DNA from: Eledone cirrhosa
Lineage: Eukaryota
DNA: 64,000 nucleotides
NCBI GenBank assembly: GCA_964016885.1
Contig: OZ024741.1
Location: 253,332,001-253,396,000, forward strand
Direction of reading: 5' to 3'
Each line of letters begins with the position of its first letter. Positions within the stretch are counted from its first letter, which is position 1. Positions 12,925 to 24,268 of this stretch are shown in pieces. The notes under the pieces were generated by a model that had not been told where the DNA came from, searched no databases, and saw nothing but the letters and a program-made list of their open reading frames with translations. Both the position numbers and the translations under genes were made by a program.

Positions 12925-13176
12925 GTAGGTGTCACAACAAAAAAACACAGTCCACGCTGTAATGTGGCCTTGTAGGTAACACAGTAAAAAGTTCTCATTC
13001 CACACTGTAAATGTGGTTGGTGGTAGGAAGGGCATCCAGCTGTAGGAAACTGCCAGATAGTACTATACGAGCGAGACACGGTCACCCGACCAACCTTGCT
13101 CAAATTAGGACAACTCCCGTCTAACCCATGCTAGCATGGACGATAGACGTTAAACGATGATGATGATGATGATGAT
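12925..13176 (+). mobile_element. SINE family C with (GAT)n tail, nested in the MITE
   Basis: ccacactgtaaatgtggttggtggtaggaagggcatccagctgtag...ccgtctaacccatgctagcatggacgatagacgttaaacgatgatgat. Confidence 0.85.
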
Positions 13177-13194
13177 ATATATATATATATATAT

Positions 13195-13243
13195 TAGCTG
13201 TTGAAATGGCCAGAGCTCAGCCATCAGAGTCCTGACTCTTTTC
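13195..13243. mobile_element. Single-arm fragment of the hairpin element in (TA)n
   Basis: tagctgttgaaatggccagagctcagccatcagagtc aligns with tagccgttgaaacggcttgagctctgccgtcggggtc at 1915-1951. Confidence 0.7.
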
Positions 13244-13806
13244 ATATATATATACATATATATATATATATATTAAGAGCAATATGTATTTTTTGTGGGG
13301 GCATGGGGCTGGCAAACAGAAGGGCTACCCAGGCAGCACACACTCTAGCTATATCACTGCATGGCCTAGTGGTAAGGGTGTTGGACTTATGATCATAATG
13401 TCATAGGTTTGATTCCTGGGTTGGGTTGTATCTTCTTGAGCAAAACAATTCATTTCACATTGTTCTAGCATACTCAACTGAGAATGAGTACCAGCAATAG
13501 CTGGGGGTTTAACCCCGTGATGGAGTGGCATCTTGTTCAGGGGGAAGTCATGTAGTCTCAGTCCCTTCACGCCACAAAACTGGGATAAACACCGGCCTGA
13601 TGAGCTTCCAGGCTCAAGACAGACTTTAGAGGGGTGTGGTTCCTGTTATATGGCTGTATGACTGCCATGATGATGAGGACGTGGGGAGGATTAGCTATTT
13701 GTTTTCATGAGTTAGAGGGAAGGGCAGCACCCATGTCATTTTCAGGGTCTTCAGAGACACCCCGCCCCCAATCTAAATGTATAATCTAAATGTATATTTT
13801 GTCGCA

Positions 13807-14075
13807 AGCCCATAAGATCATCAGACCAGTGCTTATCCCCAGTTTCATTGATGTTAAACAACTAAACATACAAGGCTCTACCCTGGACAGGATGCCAGTT
13901 CATTGCAGGGTTAACTCTCAACTATTGTTGGTACTAATTTTCAGGTGAGTATACTGGAGCAATGTGAAATGGAGTTTTGTTCAAGAACACAATGTGCTAC
14001 CTGGCCCAAGATTTGAACCTATAATATTATGATCATAAGTACAACACCCTTACCACTAGGCCATGTGCCTTCACA
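13807..14075 (-). mobile_element. SINE family B, near full length
   Basis: Reverse complement begins tgtgaaggcacatggcctagtggtaagggtgttgtac...ggttcaaatc and parallels 13360-13628. Confidence 0.85.
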
Positions 14076-14444
14076 ATAACAGAGTAGGCTCCACTAAAAG
14101 CAACCAAGGAATGTTAAACCAAGAAACAGATGTAATCTACCACCCTAGTGGACTCCATTAAAAGTACCCAAAGACCATATGGTGGGGTGTGGGGGAGGAT
14201 CTTTTACTGGATAATGGATTAACTCTTTTGATATCAAACCACTTCAAATGGAAGAGGTGATGTTGGCTCTGTGATACAAAACTGTTTATTTTGTGTTTAT
14301 ATTTATCTGAAAAATATTCATTAAAATTTTATGTAAGAAAATTTGTTAAATTATGTTACAAATACCAACCTAATAATGAGAGAATTATCAGATTTATATT
14401 AAAACATATAAGCACTGTCGTTTGTTAAACCAAAAATAGTCGTT

Positions 14445-14600
14445 CCTACAGGTTTCCACACAGTTTGCTTGCATCTACAAAATTTAACTCACAAACTATT
14501 AAGGATATGATAGAAAACACTTTGCCTAGATACTATGCAGTTACATTGAATTCAAAACTGTGTGGTTGTGAAGCAAGCTTCTAACCCACATGTCCATACT
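14445..14600 (-). mobile_element. Highly diverged tRNA-derived SINE remnant
   Basis: Reverse complement gives agcttgcttcacaaccacacag...ggcaaagtgttttctatcata...tttgtagatgcaagcaaactgtgtggaaacc; a related motif (ggatttggtagggggaaactgtaaggaagccc) occurs at ~4836. Confidence 0.5.
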
Positions 14601-15047
14601 TACATCCCTTATATCTAATCCTACAGCTTTGTCTGCAGGGTACAGCCCAAACATCACCCCACCCTAGGCCCATCGGCCTCTCCCCTTCCCCATCCCTTTC
14701 TTCTGTGACCCAAGATTCCTTGCTTCTTCCCTCCTTTTCCTCTCATTTATGACATTTATAAGTCCTCTTCTCTACATTTCCATACAGCCAGATTTGTCCT
14801 TCTATACCTCTTCCCCTTTTTCTCATTACTTAATTGTGTTTTTATCTTTCTTTTTCATATTTATGTAATTATCAATGGTTTTTAAGCCAACTTTGTGAGG
14901 GAAACACATGTATTGAGAATAAACTTTAAATCCCACATTATTAACCTATTTGATACCAACCCACCCTAAACTGGCCCTGTGTCTATAAAACAGAATCTTC
15001 CAGCACAATTTGCTAGAAGAATCTTTTGTTATGTCATTGTAATAATG

Positions 15048-15200
15048 ATTTCAAATTTTGGCACAATGCCAGCAATATGTGGAGGAGAGATAAACAATTA
15101 AATTGACCCCTAACATTTGACTGTTACTTTATTTTATCAACCTTAGAAGGATAAAAAGCAAAGTTGACCTCAGTAGGATTCAAAGTTGGAATGTAAAAAG
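15048..15200 (-). mobile_element. SINE family A, diverged
   Basis: tactttattttatcaaccttagaaggataaaaagcaaagttgacctc is the reverse complement of the family A centre. Confidence 0.75.
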
Positions 15201-15318
15201 TGATAACTAAATATCAGAAATAATTTTAGACAATACTATAAAGATTGTACCAATCCAGCCCACTCAAATACCATCTTAATAATGAACTAATTAATAATAT
15301 TAGTAAATTCCCTAAAGG

Positions 15319-15537
15319 GTGGTGGATTGGCAGTATTGGTAGTGTCAGACAACATGCTTTATGGCATAGAGTTACGGCCCTTTACAATCTGAGTTCAAAT
15401 CCAACCGAGCTTAACTTTGCCTTTCATCCTTACTGGGCCGATAAAATAAAGTACCAGTAATGTACTTGGATCGATTTAATCGACTTTCCCCTCTCCCCCA
15501 AATTGTTAGCCTTGTGTCTAAATCAGAAACCAATATT
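15319..15537 (+). mobile_element. SINE family A, near full length
   Basis: gtggtggattggcagtattggtag...gagttcaaatcc...ctttgcctttcatcc...cgataaaataaagtaccag. Confidence 0.85.
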
Positions 15538-15609
15538 AGTAAATTCCCCAAAAATTAATTAGAACTCAGCAAGTGTATTTTATTAGACAAATGGTCCGCA
15601 AAGTTTTAA

Positions 15610-15819
15610 CCCTTTAGCATTTACATTACTTTATATATACTATTGCATTTTTATTGTAAAGCTTTATCTTACATAATTATCTCACATGATATCGAATGTA
15701 TGTAATTTTGATATTATTTATTTTGAGAACAATACGTTATCATCAGTATTAGCAGCCGGCTCTGGCCGAAAGAGGTGAGAGGATTCTGGCCAGATATAGC
15801 TGGTTTAAATGCTAAAGGT
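15610..15819. mobile_element. piggyBac-type MITE, copy 2
   Basis: TTAA|ccctttagcattta...taaatgctaaaggt|TTAA; interior homologous to 3247-3454. Confidence 0.85.
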
Positions 15820-16504
15820 TTAAAAGAACAGAACCAATACTGTATTTCTTCTTCAACAGCTCTGATCAGTTTGCAAATTCTATTCCGATAGTTTCTTCCC
15901 TCAAACATCTTGCCTATCATATTTTCTTGCTTTCCTGGGTACTATGATTTGAAAAAATTCTTATGCAAAATCAATTGCCATCTTCTTTCTCTTTGAATTA
16001 TGTTCTTTCTGTCTTGCCCTTTCCTCTTGCATTTGTTTGAGGTGATTAAAACCATAGAAAAAACCCTACCCTCGCTGACCCTATATAAATCTTAGATGTG
16101 ACCTCGTCACATTGACAGTAGTTCAGTTGCTAATCTATCTAGAATCTTACTGACCAGATGACCAATCATATGATCAATCAATCATAAGATCAATCACATC
16201 ACCAACCTCTTGACCAATTAGGTTCACATTGCCGTGTTTGCATTTTTACATGAAAACACAACAAAAAATACGATATAGATTGTGTTTATGTGTGTGAGTA
16301 TGAGAGAGAGAGTGTGTGTGTGTGTGTATTTTGTATTTTTATGTGAAACAACAAAAACTTACAAAATGTGTGCGTGTGTGTGTGTATCTGTATGTATCTG
16401 TGAGTATATGAATGTGTGTCTGTGTGAGTGTGTGTGTATATGTGTGTGTGTCTGTATGACTACGTATGAGTGTGTGTGTGAGTATGTATATGTTTGTGAG
16501 TGTA

Positions 16505-16848
16505 TGTGTGTGTGCCAGGGTGTGTGGGAGTGTGTGTGTGCCAGCGTGTGTGGGCGTGTGTGTGTGCCAGGGTGTGTGGGAGTGTGTGTGTGCCAGCGTG
16601 TGTGGGCGTGTGTGTGTGCCAGGGTGTGTGGGCGTGTGTGTGTGCCAGGGTGTGTGGGAGTGTGTGTGTGTCAGGGTATGTGGGAGTGTGTGTGTGCCAG
16701 GGTGTGTGGGAGTGTGTGTGTGCCAGGGTGTGTGGAAGTGTGTGTGTGCCAGGGTGTTTGGGAATGTGTGTGTGCCAGGGTGTGTGGGAGTGTGTGTGTG
16801 CCAGGGTATGTGGGAGTGTGTGTGTGCCAGGGTGTGTGGGAGTGTGTG
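16505..16848. repeat. 26-bp minisatellite (gtgtgtgtgtgccagggtgtgtggga) x13 embedded in (GT)n
   Basis: ccag recurs every 26 bp from 16515 to 16827. Confidence 0.93.
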
Positions 16849-17892
16849 TATGTGTAGGTATGTATGTATAGATATGTGTATCTTTCTTCTTTATTATTTG
16901 AATTCTTGCTATAAAGAAGATGCTGGTTTCTAACCAAGAGAAAATGCTCCCTGAAATCCTAGCCTTTCCAGAATGCTGTAGGAATTTACTACGATAGCCG
17001 AATGCACTAATAATTATTGCGATAAAGGTGAATTCATAATTATGCCTGTCTCTATGTATGTATGTATTATATGTATGTTATGTATGTATGAATTGTATGC
17101 ATGTATACTAGGTGAGGAGGATGATTTAGGACACCCTGTGGGATAAAAAACAAAACTCGTCAAAGGATGGAGGAACTCAGGAGAGTCAACAGCCATCCAG
17201 TAAACTATGTTATGTTTTTTTTTTTTGTGGAATGAGAGACTCATAATCTTCATTAAGACATCTCTCTGGGTGAAGCTCACTCACATATAACACTTGACTT
17301 CATTTGCATTCAATGATGTAGACCAGTTCTTTTTGTTCAGAGAGTGGAATTGCCTCACTTAAAAAAGCTTCAAGCGCAGGCATCGCTTAAAATGTGACAT
17401 TTTTTGCGATGTATGCTATTGCTGGCGATAGGCAAGTCCCTAGCAGGACCAAAGAGCCACGTCTGCTCATGCTTAAGAATCAAGCGATGGCATTACAGAA
17501 GAACAGCGATGTTCTTCTGGTTTTATAATTTTATAAATATTTGCCAATGGAGAGAGAGTTGGTTTCTAACATAGACACAAGACTCTCTCATTGAAATTTA
17601 TACAACATCAACTAATGTAGATATGTATGCATGTCTGCATGCATACATGCATGTGCTGGTATGGATATTATTGTGTGTGGATGTGGATGTTTTGAGTTAT
17701 ATATGTGCATAAGCATATGCTTTGTATCTGTATATGTTTACATGCAGTTATTACATACAGAATGTTTAGAATGTTTTACATATATTTTTACTGTTGTATG
17801 TATATATGTATGTATGCATCAGAAGCTTACAAACCAATGAAGTCTTAAAAAGTCTATAACCACATGCTATATAGCAGAATATACTATATACT

Positions 17893-18077
17893 TGTTTCTA
17901 CTTTAGGCACAAGGCCAGCAATTACCCAGTGCATTACTGGTACTTTATTTTATCGACCCCGTAAGGATGAAAGGCAAAGTCAACCTCGGCGGGATTTGAA
18001 CTCAGATCGTAAAGGGACGTAACTATGCTTGAAAGCATGGCGTCCGACCCTCTACCGATAGTGCCAATCCACCGCAC
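17893..18077 (-). mobile_element. SINE family A, well conserved
   Basis: Close reverse complement of 2472-2650. Confidence 0.88.
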
Positions 18078-18204
18078 TGATGGGCATTACATATACACAG
18101 CTTTGATTGTACATATAGTTGTCTGGTTGACTTAAAGAGCTACTGTCAAAATAACAATTGCCTGATAGTCAGTGGTGGTCTCCCTTGGATACATGTGGAC
18201 AGCC

Positions 18205-18625
18205 ATGATGTATGTAGAAATGTATGTAAGTGGGGATGTATGTATACATATATATGTGTGTGTGTAGGTAGGTAAGGAAGTAGGCATGTATATGTGTATG
18301 TATGTCCCTCTGGTTTTATAATTTTATGAATGTGTATGCATGCATGCATATGTATGTAAGAATGTATGTATTCATGTATGTATGTATGTGTGTATGTATG
18401 ATGCCTGTATGTATGTATGTATCATACATGCATATATGCATTATCTATGATTGTATTGATGCACGTATGTATGTATTATGTATGCATGGATGCATGTACA
18501 TACATATGAATATATATTATGCATGTTTGTATGTATGTGTGTATGTAAGAATGCATGTATAAGTGTGTATGGATATATGTGTATGACAATGTCTATATGA
18601 CTATGAATATGTGTATGTATTTATG

Positions 18626-18698
<73 letters not shown>

Positions 18699-19082
18699 AT
18701 ATATATTTATATATAATAATATATATTTATATATAATATATATATATATAATATATATAATATATATATAATATATATATATAATAGTAATAATAATAAA
18801 TGCGAAGACTAAAATGTCATCATGTGAATATATGTTGATGTATCTATGTATATGTGCATATATGCTTGTGTTTGTGTCTGTATGTGTGTCCATATAGATT
18901 TGTGTGCATTTGTGTGTGTATGCATGCATATGTGTGTGCATATTCATGTGTGTTGGTATATATGTATATATGTGTGTGTGTGTGTGCATGTGTGCGTGTG
19001 TGTGAGTGAGTGTGTACAGTATTTCTGTGTGTGTGCATCTATATATGCACAAGTGTGTGTGTATATATATGTGTATATATAC
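18205..19082. repeat. Compound microsatellite (TATG)n/(TA)n/(TG)n
   Basis: Seen directly. Confidence 0.92.
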
Positions 19083-19325
19083 CGCATGTGATGACAATTA
19101 ATAAATCACCCAATAAGAAGGCCAGCATATATAATTGAAAGATGAAAGAAATTGTTAATAATTTGTTCAACTCTAAATTAGTGTCATTAATAACTGCCCT
19201 GAACAATATAGATAACTAATTAAGAGTGAGGGAGTTAATGAGGGCAATATTTGTAATTAATACATTCTCATGTTTCCTTAATACAGTTAAAAGTTACTCT
19301 AAACATAATATAGCCACATCGGTTG

Positions 19326-20455
19326 TCTATGCATATATATAAAATTATGTGTGTATGTGTCTGTGTGTCTGTATTACCTATAGGGGCCTACATCTTACGA
19401 CCGATTTTCATGAAATTTTACAGGCTCATAGATTAGTCATCGGGGAGTGTTTTCTATATATCAGCGTATCGTTTTTTTTTTTTATTCCGGGGTCATTCTG
19501 CAGATAAAAATCGATAGGGGGGTGGGTCACCTTTTTTAGGTATCGAAAAATAAGATATTTGGCTCTAGCTCCCACATTTTGCCACCGATTTCGTTCAAAT
19601 TTTAAAGCAAAATAGAATTTATCATTGCACATCCTGTAATGGCTTTATATTTTGTATTTGTTGTTCAGGGACGGTGTGGCAGCCGCTTAAATATTCAAAA
19701 ATGCCACTTTTAGACTCAATTTCCACTTTTTTCGCTCTAGTTCCCAGATTAATCAACCTACTTTGTTCAAATTTTACACTACGCTAGATCTGATTATTTC
19801 ACGTCTAAATGTGGCTTTACATTTTGGATTTTTTGTTCAGGAACGGCGTGACAGCCGCTTAAATATTCGAAAACACCACCTTTTTCACTCAAATTTCCGC
19901 CTTTTCGACTCTAGCTCCTACATTTTTCAACCGATTTCGTTCAAATTCGAAACTTCGGCTCCACCTCACACATAAATCAATTTATTTGGTTAAACTTTTA
20001 TACGATGGTAGAACCTATCATTAGCTCCCACATTTTTCAACCGATTTCGTTCAAATTCGAAACTTCGGCTCCACCTCACACATAAATCAATTTATTTGGT
20101 TCAACTTTTATACTACGATAGAACCTATCATTGCACAACTTTTGGATGGTCAAAGCTAAAACGATGGCCACTGACGTCGTCTGAGCTTCAGTTGTGTATT
20201 TGAGAATTCATCGGTTTCTAATCAAGTAGCGTGAGGAAATTTGGCTTAGTGTGAGAGGTCATTACCTCCCTCCCCCAGTATGCCTCTTTATCAGTCACCC
20301 GCGTTTCTCAGTGATAGAAGTCATCACCACCCTCCCCCGCATGGCCTGTGTGTGGCCATAGATGAGTCATCGAGAAGCAGTCGCTAAGATCAACACCTCT
20401 TCATCAAAGCAGATATTATTTTACCTACCCAGGCAACGCTGGGTACTGCTGCTAG
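19326..20455 (+). mobile_element. Non-autonomous Helitron with internal tandem repeats
   Basis: 5' TCTATGCATATATATAAAA plus gtgtctgt microsatellite; 3' hairpin tacccag-gcaacg-ctgggta (20426-20445) then CTAG|T. Internal ~173-bp units at 19563/19735/19909 and a 110-bp duplication at 19913/20023. Confidence 0.82.
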
Positions 20456-20601
20456 TATATATATATAAGCTTATTTATTTATATTTATTAAATACTTATA
20501 AACATTTATATTTATAAACATTTACTTCCAAAATAACCACATTGTAAATATAAAATATTTACTGAAAACATAGACCAGCCAATGACTGTAAGGAAGCTCA
20601 T

Positions 20602-20665
<64 letters not shown>

Positions 20666-20976
20666 CATACACACACACATATATAGAAAAGCATAGGGTA
20701 CCTTTGCTCATGACAATATACATATATATACCAATACAAATTACGTCCTTTGATAATTCATAAAATGCTGAAACCGGTAATAGACAATTATTAAATATAT
20801 AAATAAATAAATACCTTTGTTAATTAATAAATAAATTAACTAATACCTTAACACTTCACACAAAGTAAAATATTTTGTTTTAAACATTTTCTAACCCAGA
20901 AAAAAGAAAATAAGAAAAGGAAAAAAAAATATTTTTCTTCCTAATAATCGTCTTTTTCTCCCTATTTACATATATA

Positions 20977-22715
20977 CTAGCAGATTTACCCGGCGTTGCT
21001 CGGGGTTTGAAATTATGCTAAGAATATACAGCTAGGAAGTAAAAGAAGAACATTATTTGTCCCCAACCTGTCAAAATAAGCAGAAGTCTTCAATAATTAA
21101 TGCAAACGAATATTTAGTGCAATCTTTGTACACATAAAACTATGTTGATAATGAAGGAAAACACTGAACAGGATGTAGTTATACAAATGATTAAAGACAA
21201 TACACGTTGCAAATCTGTAAAAAAAAACAGGCAGTTTTGCTAAAGTACAAAAAGTTGTAATGAAAGCAGAGTTGTATACAAACAAAAAAACAATGAGAGT
21301 AGAATAAGAGAAAATCTATTCTTTGAGAGCATCCTTTGTTGTGTATGGTTAAATTTTGAACTTATAATCCAAAATATCCTGCATGACATATTCATTGGTA
21401 TGTTTTGTAATGAGTAAGGTGAAGTCAAGGCAGAGCTGTAATAAGTTTTTTTGTTAATACTAAAGCACTTCAGGATAGACGATATTCTTTGTTTTTCTTT
21501 TCGGAACAAACGCAAAGAGATTATCTCTACTGCCAACTCGTGAGCAGGCAACATAGCAACGTAGAATTGTCCGTGCGAAAAGCAAGGTTCATCCAAGTGA
21601 ATTCCAGTGACGGACAGAGTTTGACCTTGCGACTTGTTTATGGACATCGCAAAGGCAACACGAAGGGGAAATTGGGTTCGGTGAAAGGAGAAGGGAGTAT
21701 CCACACCTGATGTAGTCAGGCTAATTTTTTGTTATTATCACATCCTCGCCTTTTCCACATCCGGATAGAATGGTAGCGTCAATACTAACTGGAGACAGTT
21801 TTTTAACCACAAGGCGTGTACCATTGCATAGTTTTGGAGGAGTGATATTTCTTAGCAAAATAACTGGCGTTCCCTCTTTCAGAACCAATGTATTAGGAGG
21901 TAAACCAGGAGGATTTAAAGAATTTAGAAATTCAACTCGATAGTTGACCGCATTCTGTGGATCACATACAGTATCAATAGATTTATATATCCGTGGACAT
22001 CCAGGAAGAATCCTGTTCAGTATGTTCTTTCATTGTCAAAAAAGTTTGATGTGTACGAATACAGCTGGAAGCATAGATAATGCCTGCCTCAAATGTGGAC
22101 GAAATTACTTTAAAAATGTAAAAGCTGTAGGTCCCAATGGTTTGAATGGAAAGTCCCATAAGGATTGTTCTAAAAATAAACAAACCATCATCAAAATCTC
22201 GTCAATTCGAGACTGCTGCGAGATTAGGCCCTTACCGCGAAAATTAACACTTAATATAGTGAAACAAGTTAAAACAACAAGTGTTTTTTAACTTTGAAAG
22301 TGCAACAAAGAATAAACAAGAAACAAACGATAATATTAGTCATTTATCTTCAAATGAATCTGATGTTTATATTTCTGAAATTTCGTCCGACGATGATTGT
22401 TGTTTTAAAATTGAAAACGAAGGTCTCTCTTTATAAGGATTGTCAATAAAGTTGGTTATCTCCCTTTTTTTATAAGTATTGTCAATAAAGTTGGTTATCT
22501 CCCTTACATCAATTTTACGACCGATAATTTTGATATCGATTTTTTTATTGCTCAACGTGGGTCGATTGGAAAAATGTTTGTGTTGTGACCATCTTAGCGA
22601 CATGTGCAACGTGCACAGAAAATTTGGTCAAATGCTGTTGGTAATTGTAAAAGCCTTAGGTATCCAAAGTTGTACACAGACACACACACATCCTCGCTTT
22701 TATATATATATATAT
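20977..22715 (-). mobile_element. Internally deleted Helitron
   Basis: Minus-strand 3' end cccgagcaacgccggg hairpin + taaatctgCTAG|T; 5' end tatatataaaagcgaggatgtgtgtgtgtctgt (exact start blurred by (TA)n); carries a helicase remnant. Confidence 0.88.
21520..22030 (-). pseudogene. Helitron RepHel C-terminal Pif1-family helicase fragment, frameshifted
   Basis: VEFLNSLNPPGLPPNTLVLKEGTPVILLRNITPPKLCNGTRLVV, frameshift in the A-run near 21725, then QFPLRVAFAMSINKSQGQTL...CFSHGQFYVA. Confidence 0.93.
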
Positions 22716-23139
22716 ATTCTTATAAAGAAACTGCATAATTTTATGGCTGCAGCTTGAATAGGTCCATTTCCCCCATACTTATTTTAGAGCGGATTAGAGG
22801 TTAGAATATATGGATGATGTCTGAGGTTGGGATTTTAGGGGGTGTCTTAATTATAATATAGACATTTAGTTCTTAATTGGCTTTGTTTTTATGAATGTAA
22901 TTTTTACGAGTTTGGAATCCGACGGTCTTGTCCACTGGATTTGTTTATTGTTGGCTTTGTTTTCCTAGTGCATTGTTTATGTTTAGAGCATTCGATGATT
23001 GCTTGTGGCACTTGTTCTATATATGTATATAGTGTATATATATGTGTAGTGTAAGTTATATATATTTAGGATAGTTATCGAAGGTGAATAGACTGGATGG
23101 AGCAATAACAGTCTTGTTTACATAATTATAGGCATATAT

Positions 23140-23507
23140 GTTGTGTTGTGTCCTTGAGCAAGACACTTTATTTCACATTGCTCCAGTTTACTCAGCTGTA
23201 GAAATGAGATGATAGGACTGGGGTCCCTATCATTCCACTGCAAAGTGTTTGTGGAGGTGCCACAGCAAAAAAAGCACCCAGCACTCACTGTAAAGAGACG
23301 TGTAGGCGCCACTGAAAAAAAGCACCCATCCCACACTGTAAAGTGGACGTGTAGGCGCCATTGAAAAAAAGCACCCAGCACTCACTGTAAATGAGGTTGG
23401 TGTTACGAAGGGCATCCAGCTGTAGAAATCAAGCCAGAATCAGTTCCCGTCCCACCCTTGCAAGCAGGGAAAAGCGGATGTAAAATGATGATGATGATGA
23501 TGATGAT
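23140..23507 (+). mobile_element. SINE family C with CORE-like segment, three ~50-bp internal repeats and RTE tail
   Basis: gtgtccttgagcaagacactttatttcacattgctccag; aaaaaagcaccca...cactgtaaa x3; tail shared with the adjacent LINE; (GAT)n end. Confidence 0.85.
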
Positions 23508-23519
23508 ATATATACCAGT

Positions 23520-24268
23520 ACACAAGAGATGTAGTGGGATAGCAGGCAAGCTAACAGGTAGGGAAACTACATATACAGTAGGTGTTCAGGGAAATTTGAC
23601 AGTAGAAGTCACAGTGATAGACACATTTTTCAAATGCAGGTGGGTTTTATAGAAGTGGTTGATAGCTTCCGGTACCTAGGTGATCAGATTAGCAAGGGAG
23701 GAGGATGCTCCAAGGCCATAGTGTCTAGAATAAGGATGGGTTGGAAGAAGTTTAGGGAGCTGCCTCCTCTGTTGACAAAGAACGGTTTCTCCCCACAAAC
23801 AAAAGGCTGGTTATATGATGCCTGTGTGAGATGCGCGAATGCTGCATGGTAGTGAGACATGGGCAGCAACTGCGGAAGATATGAGATGGCTGGAAAGAAA
23901 TGAAGCAAGCATTCTCCATTGGATGTCAAGGTGCGTGAACGACCAAGCATAGACGAGTTGAGAGAGAAACTGTGTATAAGAGGGATAAGCTGTAGTGTGC
24001 AGGAGAGAAGACTGCATTGGCATGGACATGTGATGCGCATGGAGGTTGACCGCTGGGTAAAAAAGTGCAAAGAAATCCCAGTAGAAGGAAGACACAGTAG
24101 AGGAAGACCACAAAAATCATGGGTGGAGGTGGTGAGAGCTGACCTCAGATCGCTGAAGCTCACGGAGGAGATGACGAAAGACTGTGACGAATGGAGAGAT
24201 GCTGTGCTGAATAGGACCTGTCCCACCCTTGCAAGCAGGGAAAAGCAGACATAAAATGATGATGATGA
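23520..24268 (+). mobile_element. 5'-truncated RTE-clade LINE (ORF2 C-terminus, frameshifted)
   Basis: EVVDSFRYLGDQI...RIRMGWKKFREL...MLHGSETW...RRLHWHGHVMRM...RGRPQKSW...EKQT* followed by (GAT)n. The 5' boundary is approximate. Confidence 0.93.

Larger units (their letters stand above)
12753..13359. mobile_element. Old hAT-type MITE with degenerate TIRs and 8-bp TSD
   Basis: cattagcatagctaa / ctagctatatcactg; flanks tgtggcct and catggcct, both derivable from cgtggcct by CpG decay. Confidence 0.65.
12735..13628 (+). mobile_element. SINE family B (MetaSINE-like 3' part), split by the hAT MITE at 12753-13359
   Basis: Head tgtggaggtatgtggcct (12735-12752) rejoins agtggtaagggtgttggac...ggtttgattcc...gtgatggagtggcatc...ccggcctgatgag...cagacttta (13368-13628). 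Confidence 0.8.

Noticed and set aside
13360-13425. tRNA gene (A/B boxes here and in other SINE heads)
   Set aside because: No complete cloverleaf; the boxes run directly into SINE body sequence.
13592-13620. Hammerhead ribozyme suggested by cctgatgag
   Set aside because: No correctly placed GAAA and closing stems; the motif is part of the SINE 3' region.
14219-15000. ttaactcttttgatatcaaacc (14219) and ttaacctatttgataccaaccc (14941) as a piggyBac-like element
   Set aside because: Same orientation and no matching right TIR found; at most two isolated left ends.
15840-16030. Possible exon after tttcttcttcaacag, or a LINE remnant on the minus strand
   Set aside because: Short frames with no recognisable homology.
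16075-16230. Promoter (ctatataaat, tcagtt, several tgacc/ccaat words)
   Set aside because: TATA-to-initiator spacing is off, no downstream gene, and such words are common in AT-rich DNA.
16910-17610. Probable interspersed repeat(s); tggtttctaac motif at ~16924 and ~17560
   Set aside because: No termini, TSD or coding motif that I can define.
22750-23020. Possible Penelope GIY-YIG 3' remnant, and a degenerate hammerhead-like word at ~20745-20780
   Set aside because: Resemblance too weak to support without a profile search.
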